Origin: Caldimicrobium thiodismutans
GTDB lineage: Bacteria > Desulfobacterota > Thermodesulfobacteria > Thermodesulfobacteriales > Thermodesulfobacteriaceae
Direction: 5' to 3'
Length of the DNA stretch: 32,000 nucleotides
NCBI RefSeq assembly: GCF_001548275.1
Contig: NZ_AP014945.1
Location: 300,001 to 332,000 of the forward strand
Shown piece after piece: positions 6,668 through 15,631 of the stretch. The position numbers and the translations under genes are program-made. The notes beneath the pieces are model-generated. The model saw only the letters and a list, made by a program, of their open reading frames with translations, made no database searches and was not told the DNA's origin. The first letter of the stretch is position 1. The number at the start of each line of letters is the position of its first letter.

Positions 6668-7981
6668 ATGTTTCAGGCTGTGATTGTAGGAAGGCCCAAT
6701 GTAGGAAAATCAACTCTTTTTAATACCCTTATCGGTGAAAAAAAGACTATAGTTGAGAAAACACCTGGTGTTACCAGAGATTTTGTCGTTGATTATGTGG
6801 AACTTTATGATGGCAAGGGAATCAAGATCACAGATACAGGTGGAATTGATCTGAGTCGTAGAGATTTTTTTTCAGAAGCTATTAAAGATATTGTGGAGAA
6901 AAGTCTTAAAGAGGCTGATTTGATTCTCTTTGTGGTTGATGCCAAGGAAGGTTTAACTTCAGCAGATGAAGAAATTGCAAGTTACTTAAGAAGGTTTTCC
7001 CGGCCGGTCCTCCTTATCGTTAACAAGGTTGAGGGTAAAGAGGATGAAAAGAGGGCTCAGGAATTTTTTTCTCTGGGCTTTCCTGAAATATTTTTTGTCT
7101 CTGCTAAAGAGAAAAGAAACCTATCAACTCTTAAAGATAGACTTAAAGAAATCGCTAAGGAAAAGATTTTTCCCCTTCCTTCAACAGAATTGATCAAGGT
7201 TGCCATACTTGGTCGTCCTAATGTGGGAAAAAGCACCCTGATAAATCGCCTTCTTGGTTATGAAAGGATGATTGTCTCTGAAATACCGGGGACAACCCGG
7301 GATTGTGTAGATGTTCTTCTTGAGAGAGAAGGGGGCATGAGTTTTTTGCTCATAGATACCCCGGGTATTAGGAGAAGATCAAGAATTGAGGAGCGAGCTG
7401 AAAAATTTAGTGTGGACAAGGCCCTTGAGACCTTACAAAAGGCAGATATTATTCTTTTTCTGATTACCGCTGAAGAGGGCCTAACCCATCAGGATAAAAC
7501 CCTTCTCCGTCAGGTTCAAAAAAATTGTAAAGCAGCTCTTTTATTGATAAATAAGTGGGATTTTTTTAAAAGACAGAAATCCAAAAGCGAAGTCTTTCTT
7601 CAGGTTTTAAGACATCACCTTAAGTTTCTTCCCTGGTTACCCATAATTCCCATATCTGCTAAGGAGGGTTTTAATATTGATAAAATTTTACCCTTAGTTG
7701 AAGAGATTTATAAGGATTACTCCCGAAGAGTTCCAACCTCTCAGGTAAATACCCTTCTTGAGGAGCTTAAGAGTCAATATACCTTCAATATAAAGGGAAA
7801 ACGCCTGAAATTTTATTATGCCACTCAGGTTGAGGTTGCCCCTCCCACTTTTGTTATCTTTATAAATATTGAACCTGAAGAACTTCCTAAGCATATTGAA
7901 AAATTTGTTCGCAATAGATTTCAACAATTTCTTGGATTTGAAAGGGTTCCAGTTAAGGTAATTTTTAGACTAAGGCGTTGA
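6668..7981 (+). CDS. der: Ribosome-biogenesis GTPase Der (EngA), with two tandem GTPase domains
   Basis: Two G1 loops (GRPNVGKST twice), DTGG and DTPG G3 motifs, NKVE and NKWD G4 motifs, and a KH-like C-terminus. GAGGAG SD lies upstream. Confidence 0.95.
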   Translation: MFQAVIVGRPNVGKSTLFNTLIGEKKTIVEKTPGVTRDFVVDYVELYDGKGIKITDTGGIDLSRRDFFSEAIKDIVEKSLKEADLILFVVDAKEGLTSADEEIASYLRRFSRPVLLIVNKVEGKEDEKRAQEFFSLGFPEIFFVSAKEKRNLSTLKDRLKEIAKEKIFPLPSTELIKVAILGRPNVGKSTLINRLLGYERMIVSEIPGTTRDCVDVLLEREGGMSFLLIDTPGIRRRSRIEERAEKFSVDKALETLQKADIILFLITAEEGLTHQDKTLLRQVQKNCKAALLLINKWDFFKRQKSKSEVFLQVLRHHLKFLPWLPIIPISAKEGFNIDKILPLVEEIYKDYSRRVPTSQVNTLLEELKSQYTFNIKGKRLKFYYATQVEVAPPTFVIFINIEPEELPKHIEKFVRNRFQQFLGFERVPVKVIFRLRR

Positions 7982-8773
7982 ATTAGTTGTTTTTTCTACT
8001 TTGGCTTTGAAGCCTTCTGGAGGTCCATAGTGCACAGTCAGAGTGATTCTTCTATTTTTTGCATCATAGGGATTGTCTTTAAAAAGGGGGAAATTATCTG
8101 CATATCCTACAACTTCAAGAATTTTTTCCGGAGGGACACCATTTTTTTCAAGTTCAAGCATGGCAGAGATGGCGCGAGCAGAGGATAGTTCCCAGTTGCC
8201 TGTTTTTCCTCTTCGGGAAGGCACTGCATCCGTATGCCCCTCAATAGAAACAAGCACAGGAAGTTCTTTGAGTTCTTCAGCAAGGACTTTGAGAATTTCT
8301 TTACCCTCTGGAAGAAGCTCTGCGCTACCGGGTTTAAAAAGGGGTTTATTGACAAGCTCCATAATCTCAATGCGAACTACCTTTTCTTTGGTGGATGTCT
8401 CGGTAACCTCAATTAATACATGCTCTTGAAGACTTTTAAGTCTTGTTTCAATAATCCTTTTGAATCTCTCGCCTTCACCTTTGACAGGGGGAAGTTCCTG
8501 TGTTTGAGTTTGAACCTTAGGGCCCTCCATTTTCCCTGTTCGGTAAAACTCCATAAGCATACTGGTTCCAGCTTTGCTAAAGATATTAAATTTTTTAAAA
8601 TAAGCAGCTACTTGAGCCTTGGTTTTGGGTTCCATAAGGGATACTAACCAGAGGAGTAAAAAAAAGGTCATCATACCAGCCAGAAAGTCTGCATAGGCAA
8701 TCTTCCAGGAACCTCCATGGTGTCCACCAACAACTTTTTTTACGCGCTTAATGATAATAGGGGGAGTGCTCAT
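7970..8773 (-). CDS. motB: Flagellar stator protein MotB (OmpA-like peptidoglycan-binding C-terminus)
   Basis: GGSWKIAYADFLAGMMTFFLLLW closely resembles the E. coli MotB plug and TM region. The C-terminus has IEGHTDAVP...NWELSSARA. Its start overlaps the motA stop (TAATG). Confidence 0.92.
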   Translation of the reverse strand: MSTPPIIIKRVKKVVGGHHGGSWKIAYADFLAGMMTFFLLLWLVSLMEPKTKAQVAAYFKKFNIFSKAGTSMLMEFYRTGKMEGPKVQTQTQELPPVKGEGERFKRIIETRLKSLQEHVLIEVTETSTKEKVVRIEIMELVNKPLFKPGSAELLPEGKEILKVLAEELKELPVLVSIEGHTDAVPSRRGKTGNWELSSARAISAMLELEKNGVPPEKILEVVGYADNFPLFKDNPYDAKNRRITLTVHYGPPEGFKAKVEKTTNSTP

Positions 8774-9630
8774 TATTTTCTCTCTTTAAGCTTGGCCTCA
8801 AGTTCCTGAAAACTTGGTCTCATATGAGGAGGAATGGCCCTTCTTGCAAATTCAACTGCGATCTGCGGAGCTCCTCCACCGATAAAATTGACAATAGCAG
8901 TCTTTATAACCGTGAGATATTCCTTTTCTTCCAAAGCCAGCTTTTCCATTCTGGCTGAAAGAGGAGCCATAAATCCATAACAGGTTAAAATTCCGATAAA
9001 GGTTCCGGCAAGGGCAATGGAGAGATGATGGGCAAGCACAGCTGGAGGTTCATCAATTTTACCCATGGTTAAAATAATTCCAAGCACTGCTGCAACCAAA
9101 CCAAGCCCTGGCATAGAATCTGCAAGGTTTGAAAGCCTATGAGCAGGTTCTGAAGCTTCATGATGGATAATTTCAATTTCATTTTCAAGTAAGCCCTCAA
9201 GCTCAAAGTGGGTGATATTTGTAGTTAAGATGGATCTAAAGGTATCCCGGATAAAGTCTAAAACAATGTGATTAGCAAGTATTTTAGGAAAGGCTGAAAA
9301 AATCTTGCTGGCTTCAGGATTTTCAATGTCCTGTTCAATGGAAATCAAACCCTCCTTTTTTATCTTCTTAAAGATATCATTTAAAAGAAGAAGGAGATCT
9401 ACAAAATCATCCTTAGTGTAAACTCCGGGCTTGGTTAAGGCCTTAATTGAGCCCTGCACAATGCCCTTAACTACCGTCATGTTATTGGCAGTAAGAAGAG
9501 AACCAGCCGCTGCTCCAAAGATAATTAACCATTCAACAGGCTGAATGATAACGGAAAAGTTCCCATGCTCCAAGGCATAGCCAACAAAGACACATAAAAT
9601 GACTACAATGAAACCAACTATGGATGGCAT
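8773..9630 (-). CDS. motA: Flagellar stator protein MotA
   Basis: Collinear with E. coli MotA along its whole length, for example IEQDIENPEASKIFSAFPKILANHIVLDFI and APQIAVEFARRAIPPHMRPSFQELE. Confidence 0.93.
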   Translation of the reverse strand: MPSIVGFIVVILCVFVGYALEHGNFSVIIQPVEWLIIFGAAAGSLLTANNMTVVKGIVQGSIKALTKPGVYTKDDFVDLLLLLNDIFKKIKKEGLISIEQDIENPEASKIFSAFPKILANHIVLDFIRDTFRSILTTNITHFELEGLLENEIEIIHHEASEPAHRLSNLADSMPGLGLVAAVLGIILTMGKIDEPPAVLAHHLSIALAGTFIGILTCYGFMAPLSARMEKLALEEKEYLTVIKTAIVNFIGGGAPQIAVEFARRAIPPHMRPSFQELEAKLKERK

Positions 9631-10143
9631 TTAAAAGCCCTTTTTCTCCCTTATGAGTTCTCTTTCTTTTTGAAGAATGAAAAAACTCAATTTTTCTCTA
9701 ATATCTGGTGTCAGATGGAGCCATTCAAGAGCAACCTCATAATATTCTTCTCTTTTTTCACATCTCACAACCCTTCCATAGAGGTAAAATCCCAAGGGTT
9801 GATAGAGTTCAAGAACAAGTTTTACCTCTAAAGGGGTTCCAATCTCAAAGGGCTCGCTACTGAGGAATCGCACTCCCTTTTCACTTAAATTTACTTTTTT
9901 GAGGGGGAGCTCATTAAATCCTTCTTTTTCCTTGGTCAAGAGATTGATGAGGTAATCCAGTTTGGCATTAATAAGTTTTAACCAATTGTTTAAAGCCTCA
10001 TCTAAGGTATCTTTTAAAGGTATATAGGAAAAAAGGGGCATATCGCCTACAATTCTTGCCTCTTTATCCTGGAGGTCTTTATCTGCCACAGGAGCAACTC
10101 CAAAAGGAATAACTACATCAATTCTTACTGCTTCTCTTTCCAT
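9631..10143 (-). CDS. PilZ-domain protein (candidate c-di-GMP receptor), first gene of the pilZ-motA-motB operon
   Basis: N-terminal REAVR (RxxxR) followed by a beta-strand-like IDVVIPF. NLSEKG (D/NxSxxG) lies about 80 residues later. Its stop codon directly abuts the motA ATG (TAAATG). Confidence 0.6.
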   Translation of the reverse strand: MEREAVRIDVVIPFGVAPVADKDLQDKEARIVGDMPLFSYIPLKDTLDEALNNWLKLINAKLDYLINLLTKEKEGFNELPLKKVNLSEKGVRFLSSEPFEIGTPLEVKLVLELYQPLGFYLYGRVVRCEKREEYYEVALEWLHLTPDIREKLSFFILQKERELIREKKGF

Positions 10144-10188
10144 GGCTATCTCTTTTATCGGCTTAAATTTTTCTCTCTTTAAGTTTTT

Positions 10189-10216
10189 ATTATAACTTTT
10201 CCTATGCCCTTGACAA
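10189..10216 (-). promoter_or_regulatory. Candidate sigma70-type promoter for pilZ-motAB
   Basis: On the minus strand: TTGTCA (10216-10211), a 16-nt spacer, then TATAAT (10194-10189), about 45 nt upstream of the pilZ ATG. Confidence 0.4.
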
Positions 10217-10237
10217 GCTATAATTTATAAGTAAAAT
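10210..10237 (+). promoter_or_regulatory. Candidate sigma70-type promoter for the PPase gene
   Basis: TTGACA (10210-10215), a 16-nt spacer, then TAAAAT (10232-10237). This is followed by a perfect SD, AAGGAGGTG, ahead of the ATG at 10276. Confidence 0.4.
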
Positions 10238-10275
10238 CCCATTTAATTTCAAATCTTGTAAAAGGAGGTGTTAAG

Positions 10276-11241
10276 ATGTCCGAAGTTCTTTATGTGGTTG
10301 GGCATAAGAACCCCGATACTGATTCTATTTGTTCGGCTATTGCTTTTGCTTATCTCTGGAATGAATGGAAAAAAAAGGGAATTCTTGCTCAGATGAAGAT
10401 GCCTGAACTTGAAGCTGTTCCTGTAAGACAGGGAGAGCCCAATGCTGAGACCAAGTTTGTCCTTGAGAAGTTTGGTTTTTCTGTTCCTGAGATGATGACG
10501 GATGGAGCCGGGAAAAAGGTAGCCCTTGTGGATCATTCTGATGTGGTTCAGAGTGTGGATAACTTTGCTCAAGCTGAAGTTGTAGCAGTTGTTGACCATC
10601 ACAAGATTGGAGATGTAGCAACTCCTAATCCTATCTGTTTTGTCAATTTGCCAGTAGGGTGTTCAGCAACCACCCTTAAGTTCCTTTTTGACAAGACCGG
10701 GGTTGAGATCCCTAAAAACATCGCAGGAATTATGCTCTCTGCTATTTTAAGTGATACCGTTATCTTCAAATCTGCAACCACAACCCCTATGGATAAAACT
10801 GCTGGTGAAGAGTTAGCAAAGATTGCTGGTGTGGAGGATCTTACCAAACTTGGAATAGAGGTTAAATCCAAGCTTTCAGATGTAAGTGGTATGGCTGTCA
10901 GAGATATCATTATGAGGGACTATAAGGATTACAATATGAGTGGAAAGAAGGTTGGAGCTGGGCAGATTGAAGTAATTGATCTATCCCTTATTGAGGGAAG
11001 AAAGGATGAAATTTACAATGAGCTTGTGAAGATGAAACAGGAAGGAGGATATCATAGCATTGTATTCATGCTTACTGATATTATGAAAGAGGGCACCGAG
11101 CTCTTTGTAGTAACCGATGAACCTGCTCTTATTGAAAAGGCCTTTGGTAAAAAGATTGAAGGTAAAGGGATGTGGCTTGATGGAGTAATGAGCAGAAAGA
11201 AACAGGTGATCCCACCTTTAGAAAAGGCCTTTGCAGGTTAA
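10276..11241 (+). CDS. ppaC: Manganese-dependent inorganic pyrophosphatase (family II, DHH-DHHA2)
   Basis: VVGHKNPDTDSICSAIAFAYL, VDHHKIGD and SAILSDTVIFKSATTT are hallmark family II PPase motifs. Confidence 0.9.
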   Translation: MSEVLYVVGHKNPDTDSICSAIAFAYLWNEWKKKGILAQMKMPELEAVPVRQGEPNAETKFVLEKFGFSVPEMMTDGAGKKVALVDHSDVVQSVDNFAQAEVVAVVDHHKIGDVATPNPICFVNLPVGCSATTLKFLFDKTGVEIPKNIAGIMLSAILSDTVIFKSATTTPMDKTAGEELAKIAGVEDLTKLGIEVKSKLSDVSGMAVRDIIMRDYKDYNMSGKKVGAGQIEVIDLSLIEGRKDEIYNELVKMKQEGGYHSIVFMLTDIMKEGTELFVVTDEPALIEKAFGKKIEGKGMWLDGVMSRKKQVIPPLEKAFAG

Positions 11242-11248
11242 TATTTGA

Positions 11249-11272
11249 GGGGGCTTTAAGCCCCCTTTTTTA
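11249..11272. terminator. Bidirectional intrinsic terminator between ppaC (+) and nadC (-)
   Basis: GGGGGC-TTTAA-GCCCCC hairpin followed by TTTTTT on the plus strand, with an A-rich tract on the other side. Confidence 0.7.
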
Positions 11273-12130
11273 TTCCCAGACCTTTTCAATTTTAAAACTT
11301 ATATCTACTGCTTTTACTGAATGGGTAAGTGCCCCGGAGGATACAAAATTTACACCAAGACCAGCATATTTTTTAAGATTTTCCTCAGTTATCCCTCCAG
11401 AGACCTCAATTAAAAGGTTAGGTCTCTGTTTGCGAATTAGAGATACTGCAATCTTGAGATCCTCCTCAGAAAAATTATCCAGCAAGAGGGCATCCACTTT
11501 TGTTCCTTTTTCAAGAATAAATTTGAGCTCATCTAAGGTCTTAATCTCTATCTCTACCTTGAGGGTATGAGATTGAGTCTCAAGTTTTTCTATTATCTTT
11601 TCAAGACCACCAAGAGCCTTGATGTGGTTGTCTTTAATAAGAATCCCATCAGAAAGGGAAAAACGGTGATTTTGGCCTCCTCCGATCTTTACCGCATATT
11701 TTTGCAAAATCTTCAGCCCGGGTAGGGTCTTGCGGGTATCAAGAAGAATAGTTGAATTATTAAGTATTTCTGACATTTTACGAACCTTGGTTGCAATACC
11801 GGATAGATGTTGTAAAAAGTTGAGGGCAACCCTTTCTCCCTTTAAAAGACCCTGGATCTTTCCTTCGGCTATACCAATCCTGGTTTGAGATGGAACAAGG
11901 GTTCCTTCTGAAAAGTGCCAGGTGATTTTTATTTCCGGGTCTATCTCATGGAAAACCGCTTCAGCAACCCTCTCTCCACAGATGACAAGTTCACTTTTGG
12001 CAAGAAAATAGGCGGATCCTTTTAATCCTGGAGGGATAAGAAGCTCTGTAGTCCTATCCCCGAAGGGAAGATCCTCTTCTAAGGCTTTTAAAACAATCTC
12101 TCTTATCTGCCATTTTTCCATAATTTCCAC
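11270..12130 (-). CDS. nadC: Nicotinate-nucleotide pyrophosphorylase (carboxylating) / quinolinate phosphoribosyltransferase
   Basis: ERVALNFLQHLSGIATK, DTRKTLPGLK, KYAVKIGGGQNHRFSLSDGILIKDNHI and EVSGGIT. Confidence 0.9.
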   Translation of the reverse strand: MEIMEKWQIREIVLKALEEDLPFGDRTTELLIPPGLKGSAYFLAKSELVICGERVAEAVFHEIDPEIKITWHFSEGTLVPSQTRIGIAEGKIQGLLKGERVALNFLQHLSGIATKVRKMSEILNNSTILLDTRKTLPGLKILQKYAVKIGGGQNHRFSLSDGILIKDNHIKALGGLEKIIEKLETQSHTLKVEIEIKTLDELKFILEKGTKVDALLLDNFSEEDLKIAVSLIRKQRPNLLIEVSGGITEENLKKYAGLGVNFVSSGALTHSVKAVDISFKIEKVWE

Positions 12131-12215
12131 AAAACCTCTGGAAAAAATAAAGATAAGACTTAATTTTTATGTTAACTGAAGATTTCCTTTTGTAAAGAGC
12201 AGAGGAGGAAAGACT

Positions 12216-12764
12216 ATGGATGAGGCAAAGGAAAAGGAGGAAGTTTCTGTTGAAGAGGAGGGCCAGGTCAAATTAGAGGAATTAAAGGAATGGAAGGAAA
12301 GGGCCCTAAGATACGCAGCTGAACTTGAAAATCTCAAGAAATCCTTTAAAAGAGAAAGGGAGGAATATTTTAAATTTGCCTTAGAGACAGTTTTTAAGGA
12401 GCTTTTACCCTCAATTGACAATTTAGAGATGGCCTTAAAGTCCTTTGAGACTTCATCTAATGTGGAAGCCCTCAAGCAAGGAGTTGAGCTTACTCTTAAA
12501 GTGCTTGTTCAGACCCTTGAAAAATTTGGGCTCAAACAATTTGAGCCAGCGGTAGGAGAGCCCTTTCATCCTCATTTTCACGAGGCCTTACATGTGGAAC
12601 CCCATCCAGAGGTACCCAATGGTGGAATCACCAAGGTCTTTCAAAAGGGATACAAGCTTCACGAGAGGGTATTAAGACCGGCCCTGGTCTGTGTTTGCCA
12701 GGGTAGTCCAGTAAATAAAGAAGAAAAATCCTTAGATGAAAACAACCAAATTGAAAATGAATAA
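12216..12764 (+). CDS. grpE: Nucleotide exchange factor GrpE
   Basis: Acidic N-terminus, then RYAAELENLKKSFKREREE, LLPSIDNLEMAL and GYKLHERVLRPALV. GAGGAGG SD upstream. Confidence 0.9.
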   Translation: MDEAKEKEEVSVEEEGQVKLEELKEWKERALRYAAELENLKKSFKREREEYFKFALETVFKELLPSIDNLEMALKSFETSSNVEALKQGVELTLKVLVQTLEKFGLKQFEPAVGEPFHPHFHEALHVEPHPEVPNGGITKVFQKGYKLHERVLRPALVCVCQGSPVNKEEKSLDENNQIENE

Positions 12765-12787
12765 ATTTTAAAAAGGAGGGTTGAGCT

Positions 12788-14683
12788 ATGGCTAAGAAAG
12801 TGCCTGTGGTGGGAATTGATCTTGGAACGACTAATTCCTGTTCCGCTATCTTTGAAGGTGGTGAACCTAAGGTCATACCCAATAGAGAAGGTGCAAGAAC
12901 TACCCCTTCTATTGTTGCCTTTCAAGAAAGCGGAGAAATTTTAGTTGGACTTCCAGCTAAAAGGCAAGCTATCATTAATGCAGAAAACACAATTTTTGGT
13001 ATCAAAAGGCTTATGGGCAGAAAATTCAATGATCCCCTTGTTCAGGAGTGGAAAAAGAAGGTTCCCTATAAAATAGTGGAAGCCCCTAATGGTGATGCTC
13101 ATGTAGAGATCAGGGGAAAACGCTATAGCCCTCCTGAAATCTCAGCCATGATTCTGAGAAAGATTAAACAAGATCTTGAGGAGTATCTGGGAGAAGAGGT
13201 TACTGATGTAGTTATCACAGTTCCTGCTTATTTTGATGATACCCAAAGACAGGCAACCAAGGATGCCGGAAGAATTGCTGGATTAAATGTGCTAAGAATT
13301 ATCAATGAGCCTACTGCGGCTTGCTTAGCCTATGGCCTTGAAAAGAAAAAAGAGGGTATTATTGCAGTCTTTGACCTGGGTGGAGGAACCTTTGATATTT
13401 CCATCCTGGAAATTGGAGACGGTGTCTTTGAAGTCAAGTCAACCTCTGGGGATACCTTTCTCGGTGGAGAAGACTTTGATATGAAGATTGTGGATTATTT
13501 GGCTGAAGAATTTAGAAAGGAACATGGTATTGATCTAAAACAGGATAAGATGGCACTACAGAGGCTAAAAGAGGCAGCTGAAAAGGCTAAAATTGAGCTT
13601 TCCTCAACCCTTGAGACAGAAATTAATCTCCCCTTTATTACTGCTGATGCCACAGGACCAAAGCATCTTGTTACCAAACTTACCCGGGCCAAGTTGGAAA
13701 GCTTGGTTGAAGACCTTATTCAAAAGCTTGAGGAACCCTGCAGAATTGCTATGAAAGATGCCGGAATTACGCCTCAGGATATAAATGAAGTCATTCTTGT
13801 TGGTGGTATGACCCGTATGCCAAGAGTCCAGCAAAAGGTAAAAGAGATCTTCGGGAAAGAACCTGTGAAGGGAGTAAATCCCGATGAAGTTGTGGCTATG
13901 GGGGCTTCTATTCAGGCTGGGGTTCTAAAAGGGGAGGTCAAAGATGTCCTTCTCCTTGATGTAGTGCCCCTTTCTCTTGGAATTGAAACCCTCGGTGGTG
14001 TTTTTACCGTGCTTATTCCCAGAGGAACAACTATTCCCACAAGAAGAAGCCAGATTTTTACTACCGCCACAGACAATCAGACCGCTGTTACCATACATGT
14101 TTTGCAAGGTGAAAGACCTTTAGCCAAGGACAACAAAAGTATTGCTAAGTTTGATCTCGTTGGAATTCCTCCTGCTCCAAGAGGTGTTCCTCAAATTGAA
14201 GTTACCTATGATATTGATGCGGATGGAATTCTTCATGTCACAGCTAAGGACTTAGGGACTGGAAAGGAACAATCCATTGTAGTGAGACCAAGTTCCGGGC
14301 TTTCAGAGGAGGAGATTCAGAGAATTTTAAAAGAGGCTGAGCAGTATGCCGAAGAAGATAGAAGGAAAAAGGAACTTGCCGAGGCCAGAAATCAAGGTGA
14401 CTCTCTCATCTATTCCGTTGAAAAGACTTTAAGGGAGTTGGGAGATAAGGTCTCAGAAGACTTAAGAAGAGATGTAGAGGAAAAAATCAGGATCTTAAGG
14501 GAAAAATTAGAGGGAGAAGACCTTGATGCTATAAAGAGGGCAAGTGACGATCTTACTCAGGCTTCATACAGGCTTGCTGAGATGCTTTATAAGAGTAAGG
14601 CTCAAGGAACAGGAGCTGGTGAGTCCACAGAAAAAAAACCCGGAGATGAGGTTATTGATGCGGATTTTGAAGAAATGAAGTAA
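12788..14683 (+). CDS. dnaK: Molecular chaperone DnaK (Hsp70)
   Basis: [35 protein letters not shown] and the C-terminal lid. Confidence 0.98.
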   Translation: MAKKVPVVGIDLGTTNSCSAIFEGGEPKVIPNREGARTTPSIVAFQESGEILVGLPAKRQAIINAENTIFGIKRLMGRKFNDPLVQEWKKKVPYKIVEAPNGDAHVEIRGKRYSPPEISAMILRKIKQDLEEYLGEEVTDVVITVPAYFDDTQRQATKDAGRIAGLNVLRIINEPTAACLAYGLEKKKEGIIAVFDLGGGTFDISILEIGDGVFEVKSTSGDTFLGGEDFDMKIVDYLAEEFRKEHGIDLKQDKMALQRLKEAAEKAKIELSSTLETEINLPFITADATGPKHLVTKLTRAKLESLVEDLIQKLEEPCRIAMKDAGITPQDINEVILVGGMTRMPRVQQKVKEIFGKEPVKGVNPDEVVAMGASIQAGVLKGEVKDVLLLDVVPLSLGIETLGGVFTVLIPRGTTIPTRRSQIFTTATDNQTAVTIHVLQGERPLAKDNKSIAKFDLVGIPPAPRGVPQIEVTYDIDADGILHVTAKDLGTGKEQSIVVRPSSGLSEEEIQRILKEAEQYAEEDRRKKELAEARNQGDSLIYSVEKTLRELGDKVSEDLRRDVEEKIRILREKLEGEDLDAIKRASDDLTQASYRLAEMLYKSKAQGTGAGESTEKKPGDEVIDADFEEMK

Positions 14684-15621
14684 TGTTAAACTTGGGAATA
14701 ACTCTGGGCGACCCTGCAGGGGTTGGCCCGGAGATACTTGTTAAAAGTTTTCCCTTCCTTGAGAAATTAAGGGCAAATTTTGTAATCTTTGGAGATCTTG
14801 CCTTAATCAAAGGTCTGGCTAAGTCCTATCAATTAAAATTGCCCTCCAATTTAAACATAATAAATCTATCTAAGATAAAAATAATTCCAGGCCAGCCCAC
14901 TGAGGAAAGTCATTTAGCCGCTGTAAAATATATAGAAACTGCTATTGAGAAAAGTTTAAAAGGAGAAATCAGGGGGCTTGTGACCTTGCCCTTGAGTAAA
15001 GAGTCCTTTAAAGTATCCGGGCTCCCCTATAGAGGGCATACAGAGTTTTTAGCTGAGAAACTTAGAGCAAAAAGTTTTTGTATGAGTTTTTATGGAAAAA
15101 GACTGAAAGTCTCCTTAGCTACCACTCATCTACCTTTAAAAAAGGTCTCTGAAGCTTTAAATCCGGAGAGAATCCTTGAGATAGCTAAACTGAGTTATGA
15201 CTTTTTGAAAAAGATAAAGAGATCTCATGAGTATATCAAGATTGCCCTTTGTGGTATAAATCCTCATGCAGGTGAAGGAGGACTTCTTGGAGGAGAAGAA
15301 AAGGAGATTTTAGTTCCTGTTGTTTCAAGGGCTAAAGAAGAGGGAATTCCCCTTTATGGGCCCTATCCAGCAGATAGCCTTTTTTACTGGGCTTTAAAGG
15401 GGAGCTTTGATTATATTATTGCCATTTATCATGATCAGGGTCTTGTGCCCTTTAAAATGCTTCACTTTAAAGATGGGGTTAATGTTACCCTTGGTCTTCC
15501 AGTTGTGAGAACCTCTCCTGTCCATGGAACTGCCTATGATATAGCTGGAAAAGGGATAGCGGATCCTACCAGTTTTCAAGCCTCAGTTAATTTGGCTTTG
15601 AGATTAATAAAAAAGTGGTAA
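14683..15621 (+). CDS. pdxA: 4-hydroxythreonine-4-phosphate dehydrogenase PdxA
   Basis: ITLGDPAGVGPEI, GHTEFLAE, GINPHAGEGG, YHDQGL and RTSPVHGTAYDIAGKGIADP. The ATG overlaps the dnaK stop (TAATG). Confidence 0.9.
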   Translation: MLNLGITLGDPAGVGPEILVKSFPFLEKLRANFVIFGDLALIKGLAKSYQLKLPSNLNIINLSKIKIIPGQPTEESHLAAVKYIETAIEKSLKGEIRGLVTLPLSKESFKVSGLPYRGHTEFLAEKLRAKSFCMSFYGKRLKVSLATTHLPLKKVSEALNPERILEIAKLSYDFLKKIKRSHEYIKIALCGINPHAGEGGLLGGEEKEILVPVVSRAKEEGIPLYGPYPADSLFYWALKGSFDYIIAIYHDQGLVPFKMLHFKDGVNVTLGLPVVRTSPVHGTAYDIAGKGIADPTSFQASVNLALRLIKKW

Positions 15622-15631
15622 ATTTTTTTCT

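Noticed and set aside
8073-8647. Several 60-118-aa ORFs on both strands inside motB (8073-8429 +, 8107-8370 -, 8234-8416 +, 8420-8647 +).
   Set aside because: All lie inside or antisense to motB, whose protein aligns with E. coli MotB. The alternative products are Ser/Leu-rich with no recognisable motifs.
10249-10910. Three minus-strand ORFs (117, 94 and 103 aa) antisense to the PPase gene.
   Set aside because: The plus-strand frame encodes an unmistakable family II pyrophosphatase. The antisense ORFs have no SD or motifs and overlap one another.
12131-12215. Looked for a CIRCE/HrcA operator upstream of grpE.
   Set aside because: No inverted repeat resembling TTAGCACTC-N9-GAGTGCTAA is present.
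12167-12475. 102-aa minus-strand ORF across the grpE start.
   Set aside because: It is antisense to grpE, Ser/Leu-rich and resembles no family. It is typical of the shadow frame of a Glu/Lys-rich gene.
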